From Octopus vulgaris (taxonomy: Eukaryota): a stretch of DNA of 64,000 nucleotides. The notes under the pieces were generated by a model. The model was not told the origin of the DNA. It searched no databases and worked only from the letters and a program-made list of their open reading frames with translations. The stretch lies in contig OX597833.1 in NCBI GenBank assembly GCA_951406725.2, positions 19,220,001-19,284,000 of the forward strand, read 5' to 3'. Of the stretch, positions 49,174-64,000 are shown one piece after another. The first letter of the stretch is position 1; each line of letters starts with the position of its first letter. Position numbers and translations under genes: made by a program.

Positions 49174-49733
49174 TTTACTAATTATATACTATTTATTATT
49201 ATTTAGTACTGTATTTATTTTAGGTAATTGCTTTATCGTATCTTTAATTTAATTTTCTTAGTTGATAATTCTGCTGCGAAGTAGATGTAGGATGGAGGTT
49301 ATTTTGATCTGGAGTCCCAAGTTTAAGTAAGCGCATATTTTCCACGTGTATATTCTGGTTAGACTTTTCAGCGGCGATGTAAAGGAAGGGGATTAACTCT
49401 AACTCGTGGTGAAAAGGGGGCTAACTCTATTCGGATTACTCAGTCCGGGGTGAGTAAGGAATTAATGTGTCTTTGGGACTTAAAGTTGTAGGAAGTTCGA
49501 AGTAATGGCTTATTAGCACAAACGACCAACTTCTTCCTGATATTTATCTTTCATTTTCTTCTTACCTATAATTTTAACTACGGTTTACCCGCTGAATTAC
49601 CTGCTACAGTATACCTTTTACTAAGGACTGTACCTACGCAGGTAATCACCAGGAGCGCCTTTGGATTTAACCATCCCTTAGAGGTTTTAAATACCTCTAA
49701 CTTATACCTATATATTATATATATATATATATA

Positions 49734-49789
<56 letters not shown>

Positions 49790-49792
<3 letters not shown>

Positions 49793-50930
49793 CGGGAAGG
49801 TTTACGAAAATAAACAAAAGACGAAGGCAGGTGGAGTACAAACAAACAAATGTTTTAGTATGGCGCTCAGGAATAGAAATAGAACAAGTCTTTTACGTTT
49901 CGAGCCTACGCTCTTCGACAGAAAGATACACAGAAAAAAAAACAAGGAGAGAAAAATGCGTGTAGGAGCTAACGATCTATCATGGCGTTCTGACTTCGGG
50001 GTCAGACGCGAGAGGGACAGTAGGGGAGATAACAGGGTCAAGTGACTTCCAAAACGAAGGTGTCCCCAACACAAAGGTGCGTGTGTGTATAAGAGAATAT
50101 TTATGTGCGTGTGAAAGAGGGCTGGTGGTCTAGACGTGTGTATGTATGTGTGGGTGTGGAGATGTGGGAATGGGTGTGTGGGTGGTGTGTTGTGATGTGA
50201 TGTGTAATGTCGTATGGTGTAGTGTAGTGTGGTGTGATGTTGTGGGGAGGTGGGGGCGAGAGTGGGGAAAGCCCATGTGGGGTGTGGGTTCGGCTGGGGG
50301 GTGGGGTAGAGTGGGGGTTGTGGGGGTTGTGGGGAGAGTGAGAGGGGGAGAGAATAGAGAGGAGGGGAGAGGGGAGAGGGGAGGGGAGAGGAGAGGGGAG
50401 AGGGGATGGGAGAGAAGGGGAGTGAGATAGCAGAGAGAAAGAGAGAAGGGGAAGAGGGAAGAAGAAAGAAGAAAGAAGAGGGAAGAAGGGAAAGAAGGGA
50501 AGAGGAGGGAAAGAGAGTAGGGGTGAAAAGATGAAGGACTGAAGAGAAGTAGGAGTCGGTGGGGGAGGTTAGATGAAAAAAAAGGGGGGGGGAGAGTTGA
50601 GCCCAAATGGCGTAAAAGAGCGAAGAGAGAAGATTAATCCCTGTTCACGGCGCAAGCGGGAATCCGGATGGCCTCTGTGCAAGGACAATCCGAACACAGA
50701 CAGGTGTTGCAAGGAGTGACCGGTGGAGCGGAAATGGCGTGAGACTGGTGTGTCATTGGCGAGGCGGATGTCTCGGAGGTGTTCCGCGAACCGGTCAGCC
50801 ATGCGGCGTCCCGTTTGTCCGATGTACAGGGAATGGCAGAGAGCAGGAGATGCAATAGATGATATTGCTGGAGGTGCAAGTGAAGGAGTCGATGATGCGA
50901 TAGGGTCGATGATGGGTGCCGTTTAGGAGG
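49790..50930 (-). mobile_element. 5'-truncated Penelope copy (GIY-YIG plus 3' UTR) between (TA)n tracts
   Basis: LYIGQTGRRMADRFAEHLRDIRLANDTPVSRHF...PFGLNSPP, closely matching 56390-56730. Confidence 0.85.
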
Positions 50931-51761
50931 GTATATATATATATGCGTGTGAGTGTTCGTTCACTAGTTATACATTAGATAGAGAGGTGGAAGTGAAGTG
51001 AGTAAGAGGTGGAGTAAGAGTGAGAGAGGGAGAGGAAGAAGTAGAGAAAGGTGATTAATATTAATACACTTAGGTCAAATGGTCACGTAATCATCTGATG
51101 GTAGAGGCGAAAAACGAGAGAAAATTACGACGAGAGAGAAAGAGGGAGAGATAAATGTTAAGGACGTGCGGTTGGGTGGGAAAGGAATACTTATTTACGT
51201 GATTGAAAAGTTAGCTGAAGGGCACAGTAGATAGAAAGAGAGGGACAGGGGAGGCAGTTGTGTTGAGAGAGGGGGTGTAGAGAGGGGAGAGAGAGAGAGG
51301 TAGATAGCGGCGGCGGTGGTGGTGGTGATACTGAAGAGTATTTTTTTTTTTATTGAACTATTTTTTTCTTATAGTAACCATCGCGTACGCAAAAAGGCCA
51401 TTATCTATCGTCTGCTCGCTTAAAAATTGATACTTGTTTATAAGGGTTAATTTAGCCTAAACTCTGGATTCGCAAGAAACATGGCTGAAACTGCCCAAGA
51501 AATAATGTGCAGATATAGGGTACGGACCAGAGAGGAACAGCGAGAAGATATAATAAAAAGAGGGGGAAAACAACGCCTGTGGAGACGTAAGGGAATTAAT
51601 GTAGACGAACATCAAGAATATTTTTAAAAAGCTAACCTAGGAACGCTATAAAAATACAAATCATCTTTCTTTCTTAAATAAACCTTCTTAATTTTTTCCA
51701 TTCTGTGGAATTTACACGAGTCTTATTAGTAGATATATATATATGTATATATCTACTAATA

Positions 51762-51927
51762 AGGTGCAGGAGTGGCTGTGTGGTAAGTAGCTTGTTTACC
51801 AATCACATGGTTCCGGGTTCAGTCCCACTGCGTGGCACCTTAGGCAAGTTTCTTCTACTATAGCCTCGGGCCGACCAAAGCCTTGTGAGTGGATTTGGTA
51901 GACGGAAACTGAAAGAAGCCCGTCGTA

Positions 51928-51991
<64 letters not shown>

Positions 51992-52165
51992 CGTGTATGT
52001 TTGTGTGTCTGTGTTTGTCCCCCTAGCATTGCTTAACAACCGATGCTGGTGTGTTTATGTCCCCGTCACTTAGCGGTTCGGCAAAAGAGACCGATAGGAT
52101 AAGTACTGGGCTTACAAAGAATAAGTCCCGGGGTCAAAATGACTGAAACAAGTAAAAAGAGAAAA
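51762..52165 (+). mobile_element. SINE family B
   Basis: Match to the other copies, with a short deletion near the tail. Confidence 0.9.
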
Positions 52166-52629
52166 AAATGAGATCTATATATCGCCATGATAGATCGGTA
52201 GCCACTACACACATTTTTTCTCTCCTTGTTTCTTTCTGTGTTCCTTTCTGTGGAAGAGCGTAGGCTCGAAACGTTAAAGACTTTTTTCAATTCCCGAGCG
52301 TTATACTAATACATCTGTTTGTTTTCTACATCACCTGTCTTCGTCTTTTGTTATTTTTTCCGTGAATTCTCCCCCTATATATATATATATATATATATAT
52401 CAAATAAAATCAAAAACAAAACTCTAATGTTACGCTGACGACTTCGTTTACATCCATCGATGTAAGGCTAAATCTTTTGGGGCAATTGTATTCATTGTTT
52501 CAGACAGTGGGACTGGTTTTGTGAAAGACCTTTCCTCGTTTTAAGAAACTTCAGGGACAGGCATCTCTTGATTTTTAACTTCTCTGTAATGCGTTGCATT
52601 CTATGGCTCGCCGTCATCAAAATACACGG

Positions 52630-52745
52630 TGAAAAATCCCATGGCGGAATGAAGATGTAGTGACGTCATTCTTCAGTGTGCGTGTGCGGAGCTGGAACCT
52701 TCTGGAAAGGCCTAAGGAAGTTCCCTAATGCACATGCGCTAAAAA
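52630..52745. promoter_or_regulatory. Possible promoter-like motif cluster
   Basis: CCATGGCGG (YY1-like), perfect TGACGTCA (CRE) at 52661-52668 and GCACATGCGC (NRF1-like), in sequence not repeated in the window. Motifs only. Confidence 0.2.
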
Positions 52746-53336
52746 ACTGGGGAGAGAATTCTGTGGCGTTCGTTGAAGAGAGAAGACGTGTTATGAGCCT
52801 ATTCTCCTGTCCCAGACGCTTGGGATTTGACCTGCTCTGTTGCTGCTGAATTTGTTGTGAGGTTTATCTTACAAGTGTTAAACTTCAGTCTTGCTGTACC
52901 TACACCAAGTGGTTACCAATTTACCAACGTGCCTTCTTTATGTAAATAACGAAATAAAGTGTCATATTTTTTAAGGTTGCTTTCTTGTTCCTGACGCCGG
53001 TAGTTTTTGGAAAAAAAGAAGGAAATTGTGTTGCACCCAAACAGTGTAAAAGACACAACCTGTTCCAGACAGTTCCTTTACAAAGATATGTGTCAGCAAG
53101 GATGGCAAGCTCTCTAAACACCAGCTGCAAGAGGCGTCCTTTGTTGTAACATATGTGTAAAAGAGTGTAGGTCCCAAACAAAACTGGAAAACCACATCAG
53201 TGTTGCTTATATTTAGAACTCTCAAGCGATAATAATCTTCCAAATTAAATTGCAGTCATCGTGTGTGTGTGTACGTGTGCGTGAGAGAGAGAGCGAGAGT
53301 GCTTGTATGTATGCTTGTGTGTATGTGTGCTTGTGT

Positions 53337-53417
<81 letters not shown>

Positions 53418-53972
53418 CAACGTCCCCATTTGGCGGATGTTTTCATGGTTTATGGAAATAATACGTCTGGTGGAGGTATGATTATGCAGTTCAGAGGTTC
53501 GCTTCACAACTACAGAGCTTTGGGTTCGTTCCCACAGCACGCCACATTGGGTATGTGTCTTTCAACATAACTTTGGGCAAAGTTTGGTAGACGGAGACTG
53601 TGCGAAAGCCCACCAAGAAGACAATTCCTCTTCCTCGTCCGTCACCCGGTTTAACCGCAGCATCTGGTATTGGGGCCATCTGATCGGCAGATAACCTCAC
53701 CCCATCCTCCAACATATCTAAAAATGAAACGGGGATGTTATTCTCTCTTTTAGGAAATGTCTGCTGCGGAATGTCAAGTGTTGTGTGAGCAAGGACGGTT
53801 GACGCGTAGGTGTGTGTGTGTGTGTGTGTGTGTGCGTGTGTGTGTGTGTGTGTGTGTGCGTGTGCGTGTGCATGTGTGTTTGTGTGTGCGTGCGTGCATG
53901 TGATGGTGAGGTGACACTTGTGAGTGAAACACTGTCGGAAAACGGAGTTTACAGTGACGTAACTCGGGTGTG

Positions 53973-54616
53973 AGATCTTTTCCTTTTGATAGACAGAATT
54001 CAACACAATTTCTAGTTAACTAAACAATTTGAAACTTCGTACTAACAAACGAATTACAAATTTATCAAGAAAGCCAAGTGAAAATAATGTTTTTTGGCGA
54101 ACTTTCGTCTCTAGTAGACCTTTCCGTCGATTTCCGTAAAAAATTTTTTTTTTTTTACATATGGGCTTGCGGGAACTTTTGAAGTAATATACATACATAT
54201 ACACATACACCGAGTAAAAAATTTCAGTTATCTCTTTCTTTCACACATTACTCTGTCTCTTCACACACACTAACAGAAGCACTTCACTTACACAACATAC
54301 TGTCTGTTTCCCACACCCCATCAAACACACACACACACATGTACATCAATGCTTCCCATGCACGGTAACTTGAAAAGAATTTCCCTCGTCATACAATCGC
54401 TTTCTCTTAGTCTCTTTCGCTCTCATTACTTCAAAAGTTACCGCAAGCCCAAATGTAAAAAAAAAAAAAAATTTTACGGAAATCGACGGAAAGGTCTACT
54501 AGAGACGAAAGATCGCCTGTTTTTTTTTTTGACACATTCTACCAGTATACGAAGTTTCAAATTGTTTAGTTAACTAGAAATTGTGTTGAATTCTGTCTAT
54601 CAAAAGGAAAAGATCC
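53973..54616. mobile_element. Merlin-like MITE related to 1654-2098
   Basis: Long TIR (A/G)GATCTTTTCCTTTTGATAGACAGAATTCAACACAATTTCTAG.... TSD CGGGTGTG at 53965-53972 and 54617-54624. Second internal inverted repeat. Confidence 0.9.
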
Positions 54617-55114
54617 CGGGTGTGCACTACCCGGAGCAGCCCTTGAGTTTTGTTGCATTCCCGCGCCTCCAACCCTATACAGCTGACCGAAAAGTTCCAC
54701 CCAACGATAAAGGACTTGCCCAGGATGGATCGCCCCCCCCCCCCTTAGCATCTGCATTGAGACCGATCGATGTCGAGTCATCGTAGACTCTTCATGAGAA
54801 AACGTCCTTGTATCTATTGTTGTCGCCGTCACTGCTTTCATCTGCCCACCATTAATTAGTATTTACAGTTTGCTAAACAATATTTTAACAGTTGGCCACG
54901 CAAAACACAAAAATCCATTTGTCGATAATTTATTTTGTTCTGTTGTTTATTTAGCCTTTTATAAATGAGAACAGATCAAAAAGAACTGATCAAGTTCGTA
55001 CCTGAACAAGAAATTGTTTTGTAGTGGTTGCCGTGTATTTCAACCTCACATTTAGATATGCATATGCGAGTGGGTGCATGAAAATACACATACATTATAA
55101 TTACGCATATACAG

Positions 55115-55154
<40 letters not shown>

Positions 55155-55298
55155 GTGTGTATGTGTGTACGAAATGTATAGAAATTTATAAGCATGCATA
55201 TTAATTAACGTACATATATGCATAGATATGTATATCTATAAATACAACACACACATATACATACAGATGCATGCATATATATATGTGCATATATGGGC

Positions 55299-58478
<3,180 letters not shown>

Positions 58479-58679
58479 TACATACAGATATACATACACA
58501 TGCGTGTGTGTGTGTCTGTGTGCATGTACGGGTATATGTACATATATATATCAGTACATATATCCATACGTATATATACATGCATATGTGAGTCTGTGTG
58601 TATATATATATACACGCAAATATGCATATATACATGAATACATATACGTATATGTATATGTACGCATGTATATCGCTCT

Positions 58680-58727
<48 letters not shown>

Positions 58728-58734
58728 ACATATA

Positions 58735-59105
58735 CAGGATGATTCAAAAGTGACCATACATAGGAACGATTTATCTTTTTATAAGAAACACTTTATAAGA
58801 ACAGTTTTTTTTTTATTTAACAAGCTCTATATGGTTACCATTGTTTTGAATACACATTGCAAAACGTCAACCCCACTCACTGTGAACTTGTAATAACACA
58901 TCTGGTGATACTTGTGCAAAATAATTGGTGATGCGTTCCTTCAAATGATTTATGTCTTTTATCTTTCTGCGATACACCTTTTAAATGCTCCGAAAGATAG
59001 AAATCAAGTGGGGTCAGATAAGGGGATCAGGGGATCTGGGAGATCTTATAAACTGCTTTTATAAAAAAATTAATTTTTCCTATGTATGGAGCCCTTTGGA
59101 TCACC

Positions 59106-59108
<3 letters not shown>
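58735..59108 (-). mobile_element. Tc1/mariner deletion derivative
   Basis: TA|CAGGATGATTCAAAAG...CTTTGGATCACCCTG|TA. Remnant PRSPD..LTPLDFYL...HLKERI...CIQNNGNHIE. Confidence 0.85.
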
Positions 59109-59187
<79 letters not shown>

Positions 59188-59193
59188 ATATAT

Positions 59194-59224
<31 letters not shown>

Positions 59225-61634
59225 TATATATAGATGAGTGTATTTTTACCTTGTTAACAATTAACATGGAAAAAATAAATAAATATATATACCTGGCGTT
59301 GCCTGAGTTACATACAATTGAAGAATTAGACTTTTTTGTTATATTTTCAGTAATGAACTGGAATACCTATGTTTCGAATTTCATCAAAATTGCAGATGAG
59401 AGTTATTTCCCTCTTTACACACCCAAATAAAATTGTTATCGTGCCACATGTATCCCATACTACTGATTTTTATGCGCATATTCCAAAATTCCAGTCTTAT
59501 AGAACCTGTTAAAAGGATTTTGCTCCTGAAAAATGCAGGTCATGGAGCTCTAAAATGTGAGAGTTAACGCCTCTATTGGGGGTGGGCATCTTAATGTCAA
59601 CCAGAGAAGTTGAATTGTTGAGAATCTTTTTAACTTGGGTCTTATATCAATTGTTTGAATTTCTTTGAAATAGGAAATATGTGTTCACTGGGTTTGTAAA
59701 AGAGAGCAAAGCTACAGGAAACCAAAAGACGAATGATCACAATAAGCAGTCAGCTACAGTACCCTAGTCGTTACCACTCCCAATGTAATATTCCTCACCA
59801 TCCAGGTGACAGGCACAGCCGTAAGATGCATTACGAATCTATAGCAATTGGAAGGGCGTGACCCAACTGAAATAAACATGAACAACTGTGTGACGTGAGA
59901 GCTAAGGAGAAATGAAAGTTGGAGTTTGCAAATGACCATTATACTGATACGTAACTGGACAGAATAAATATACAATCTATAAAAGTCACTCATCTGGGAA
60001 GGCCTTGAAATCAATGTTACCATGTAGGGACTATGTGTGACCCCGTGATAATAAAAAGACTGAAAGGAGATCTGCAATAACTTTACTCAACACTTTGCAA
60101 CTGAATCAGTGGAGGCAAAGATGCCTCTCATTTACTTGACAATTTATGCAGCACATTGCAGAAATCACAATCTAAGTGTATGTCAAAGCAAACTCTTACA
60201 CTGTTGTACCATTGCTCATCTTCTATGCTCGGATGACCCCACAGCTTCCAAGAGTACAACTATTCATCTTTGCTTAGATGAAATGACAAAATTGTGGGTG
60301 TTAAGTCCCCATGAAGGGGTCTTTCTAACTTGTAAGATGAAATTTTATAAATATTACTTGATTTGTATCTAATATCTTTGGTTAAAATTTCATCAACGGC
60401 AAAATTATATGAATTGTCATGGGAGTTGTGGCCCTTATGCATAAAATATAATTTCCAAATTTCGTAAAGATCCATTCAGTACTTTTGACTTAGTTTTGGA
60501 TCATAAAAGAAATGACTAAAATTTGGGAGTTAAGGCCCCCATTAGGGTGTCTTAGAATCCTCATGTGAAGTGGAAACTTTGAGAATACTTCTTGATGTGT
60601 GTCAATTACGCATGGTTGAAATTTCATCAACATCGAAAATTTATGAATTTTCATGGGGGGTTCTGCCCCCTTTAAGACATCTGAAATTCAAACCAAACAT
60701 ATTGCATTATACCCGCCCTTATGCATTGAATCTAAGTTTCAAATATCATAAGGATCCATTCAGTGATTTGGGTACATGAAATTGTATGAAACACACAGCA
60801 TTACCCTTCTCACTAGGCTCCGATTTTGTGTTCCAAATTTCATTATGATCAGTGCAGCAGTTGTCAAATTTTTAAGTAATACATGAACACATAAAGACAT
60901 TAATTAGAAATATTGTATTTTAATAGGTATTTTAAAAGAAGTTTCTAGAAAACTAGTTTTTAAACATTGAATGGCTATGGGAACCACCAGAATAAAATAA
61001 CAATCAAAAGGATCTATTGATAAAAAATGGTTGAGAACCCCTTTCTTAAATCAACTGTGTACAATGTTAAATGTTCAGATTTTGTAAAAGAGGTCAAGGC
61101 CATTTTCTAAATGAGCTGGTTCAACATGGTTATCAAATCAGGTCAGAGCTTCAGGAATCTGCAAAGCCTGCATCAACAACAGGTTTCCAATGTATGCAGG
61201 GGAAATAATTCTGCTGGTTATTGTTTACCCCCATCCCACCTAGCCAATCTTAACTAAGCAGAACTACAATCATAAGATGGGATTGAGTATATCTTCGTTT
61301 TCATAAGCATGGCACATGCTGGACCACATTATCCAATGTCACTTTCTTTCCTAAGATGGTGGATGTGGTTTGAGGGAGATCTGGCAGCTATTTCTAGCAT
61401 AGTGGCTCTTTTGTTGGTTCACCAATTATATTGGAGTGTACATGTGATGGGAACAGACTACACCTGCTGGAGTAAAATTATATTCTGCTGAAAATAATTA
61501 AAATGAACAAAAGAATAACTCTGCATGATTAAAAAGTTCACTTCATAACCATGCACTCTAGGTTCAATCCTTGGGAGCAGAAGTTTGTTGCATGCCTAAT
61601 TTGTTTCTATGCCCACATGTGTATCTTTTGTATA

Positions 61635-61797
61635 CTCTCTTTACTCTTTTACTTGTTTCAGTCATTTGACTGCGGCCATGCTGGAGCACCGCCTTTAGTC
61701 GAGCAAATCGACCCCGGGACTTATTCTTTGTAAGCCCAGTACTTATTCTATCGGTCTCTTTTGCCGAACCACTAAGTGACGGGGACGTAAACACACC
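61635..61797 (-). mobile_element. SINE family B 3' part
   Basis: Reverse complement of the family B tail. Confidence 0.85.
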
Positions 61798-62602
61798 TTG
61801 CTAACGCCAACCATTCTGAAAGTGTAGTGGATGCTTTAATGTGCCACCGGCACGAAGGCCAGTCAGGTGGTACTGGCAACGGCCACACACAAATGGTGTT
61901 TTTTATGTGCCACCTGCACAGGAGCCAGTCCAGCGGCACTGGCAATGACCTCGCTCGAATGTTTTTTCACATGCCATCCGCACAAGTGCCAGTAAGGTGA
62001 TGCTTTTTACATGCTACCGGTATGGAAGCCAATTAGCTGCTCTGGCAACGATCACGTTCGGACAGTGCTCTTAGCGCTCCACTAGCACAGGTGCCAGTCA
62101 TCGAATTTGATTTCGATTTCAATTCAATATACACACATTGTGAGCTTCTACACAATTTATGGTTCCAAAATTCTGCTCACAAGACATTCTGAAGTAAGCC
62201 AAAAGGTCTGGCGAACCAGATGGCTGCACCAGGCTCCAATCTGATCTGGCAGAGTTTCTACAGCTATATGCCCTTCTTAACGCCAACCACTCTGAGAGCG
62301 TAGTGGGTGCTTTTACGTGCCACTGGCATGAGGGCCAGTCAGGCTGTACTTGCAACAGCCACACTCAAATGGTGCTTTTTATGTGCCACCTGCACAGGAG
62401 CCAGTCCAGCGACACTGGCAACGACCTTGCTTGAATGTTTTTTCACGTGCCACCAGCACAAGTGCCAGTAAGGCAACGCAGGTAACAATCACACTCGAAT
62501 GGTGTTTTTTACGTGCCACTGGCACAGAGGCCAGGTTGTTGCTCTGGCAACAGTCACGCTCGTATGGTACTCTTAGCGCTCCACTAGCACGGATGCCAGT
62601 CA
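61798..62602 (-). mobile_element. Two diverged RTE 3' UTR-like fragments
   Basis: CTAACGCCAACCA...GTAGTGG.TGCTTT.A.GTGCCAC subrepeats, as in 18924-19455. Confidence 0.7.
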
Positions 62603-62668
62603 TATATATATATGTGTGGATAAATTTGGCATAATATACAGATATATAGGTTTGTGTCAATGTGTGTG

Positions 62669-62722
<54 letters not shown>

Positions 62723-64000
62723 TTTGTGTGTGTATATATGTGTGTGTGTATAAATATAAGTATGTATTTATGCACAGTTTATTTAAACTGAATGAATATT
62801 TATCTTGCAACTTCAGCCGATGTGTGTGTGTATATATGTACGCATATGTATATCTGTTGACTGTAATAACAATCATATTATTGAATAAACAATACTAAAA
62901 CAACCTAAACCTAAATTTTGGCTGAATACGTTTGGCAACTCTTGGAATGTTGATTCTACATCCCATATGATACCAACTTAATCAACTTGCATTTCCAGCC
63001 TTTCGATGTGAATTCTTACCAAGTTATATCTCCTGATCATTTTACACTTCACATCCAGACACACTCCCCCATTCATTGTATGGATTATATGAAATACTTT
63101 TGGTTTTTACAGTCAGTCTCACATTTGTTGAGTAAGGTTTAGTTTTATATGCATTCCAAGTTTATATTTATTGGTGAGTATCTTGGCATCAAACAGAAAT
63201 AGTCTAAATTTCACACTGAACCAAACCACGTGTGTATTCCTTGCAAGAAATCTATGTATGAAATGTTATATTTGTGCACAAAGATGGCTGTGGTAAAAGA
63301 GGTTGTTGTTGAAGCAGACTTATGATCGAAGACAATCCAGATGTGACCATTCTATGCAGGCAAACCAAAACTTTTTTTATTGCTTAGTCAAGAGAAAGAA
63401 AGGGGCCTTGAAGATTAGTGGGAGATGGGGAGGAAGGTTTCCTCAACTTGGAGACCTGCTCTGAAAATCTGTACCAGAATAGATTCCACTAAAGGCACCC
63501 AGGGTGTCAGATTATAATGTTAAACTGGGTAACAGATTAAGTCAACGACCCCAATGTAGGGTGTAAAGTGATGGAAATTTAGCTGCAGTAGCTGCTCGTA
63601 TTTTAAACAGCCACATAGAGCCTGTCTTGTTTGTTTGACATAGTGTTCGACAAAATTTGTAGAACATTAAAAGAAAATGGTCTGTGCTATTTATTTTATT
63701 TATCTTTGCACTACTTTTTTGCATATCTCAACAACATCTAAGCCACTTCTCTGTTCAGTATCTTCCACCTCTCTCCTCTCTGTAATATGTTATATATCAG
63801 TTCTTGCTGTGATGTCTCCTTCTATCCTGCTTCTCTGTATCTGGTGGACGCGTCTGAAAGGACTAGAGACAAACACTTTCCTCTCTGGTCAATCTCTCAT
63901 CAACTTTTTCAAGTATCACTTGAAAAGGAAGGTGAGAGTAGAGAGGCAAGTTTTGTCTAGCGACTGTTTCAAAAAAAGATGGGTAAATGTGGGAAGGATG

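Noticed and set aside
58433-58731. N-terminus of the 898-aa ORF
   Set aside because: Translation of (GA)n and (TA)n tracts that lack stops. It is not part of the Penelope protein.
59240-64000. Possible exons or a gene at the right end of the window
   Set aside because: Only short ORFs and decayed repeats. I could not assemble phase-consistent exons.

Overview
AT-rich, microsatellite-laden eukaryotic DNA. The SINE, LINE and Penelope repertoire suggests an octopod cephalopod (inference, not checked by search). Most ORFs in the supplied track are microsatellite artefacts or transposon fragments. Main content: (1) A multi-exon minus-strand host gene that I reconstructed from splice signals and phases, with exons at about 42.4, 35.4, 34.3, 32.3, 25.7, 16.8, 16.3, 6.8 and 0.8 kb. 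It encodes a signal-peptide-like start, Cys-containing domains and a Ser/Thr-rich stalk. One symmetric exon has three in-frame TGA codons. (2) At least five type I hammerhead ribozymes (HHR) with palindromic stem III. Two of them sit in non-coding, terminally redundant (about 1.2-mer) units abutting (TA)n tracts, which is retrozyme-like, next to Penelope-like elements (PLEs) inserted in the same kind of tract. (3) A near-intact RTE LINE, a Penelope RT plus GIY-YIG ORF, decayed Gypsy, R4/Dong, mariner and Chapaev-like fragments, Helitron, hAT, Merlin-like and Tc1 MITEs, and three tRNA-derived SINE families. (4) A 34-bp minisatellite with higher-order structure and a 1.8-kb near-identical tandem duplication. 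All calls are by eye; no database search or folding program was run.
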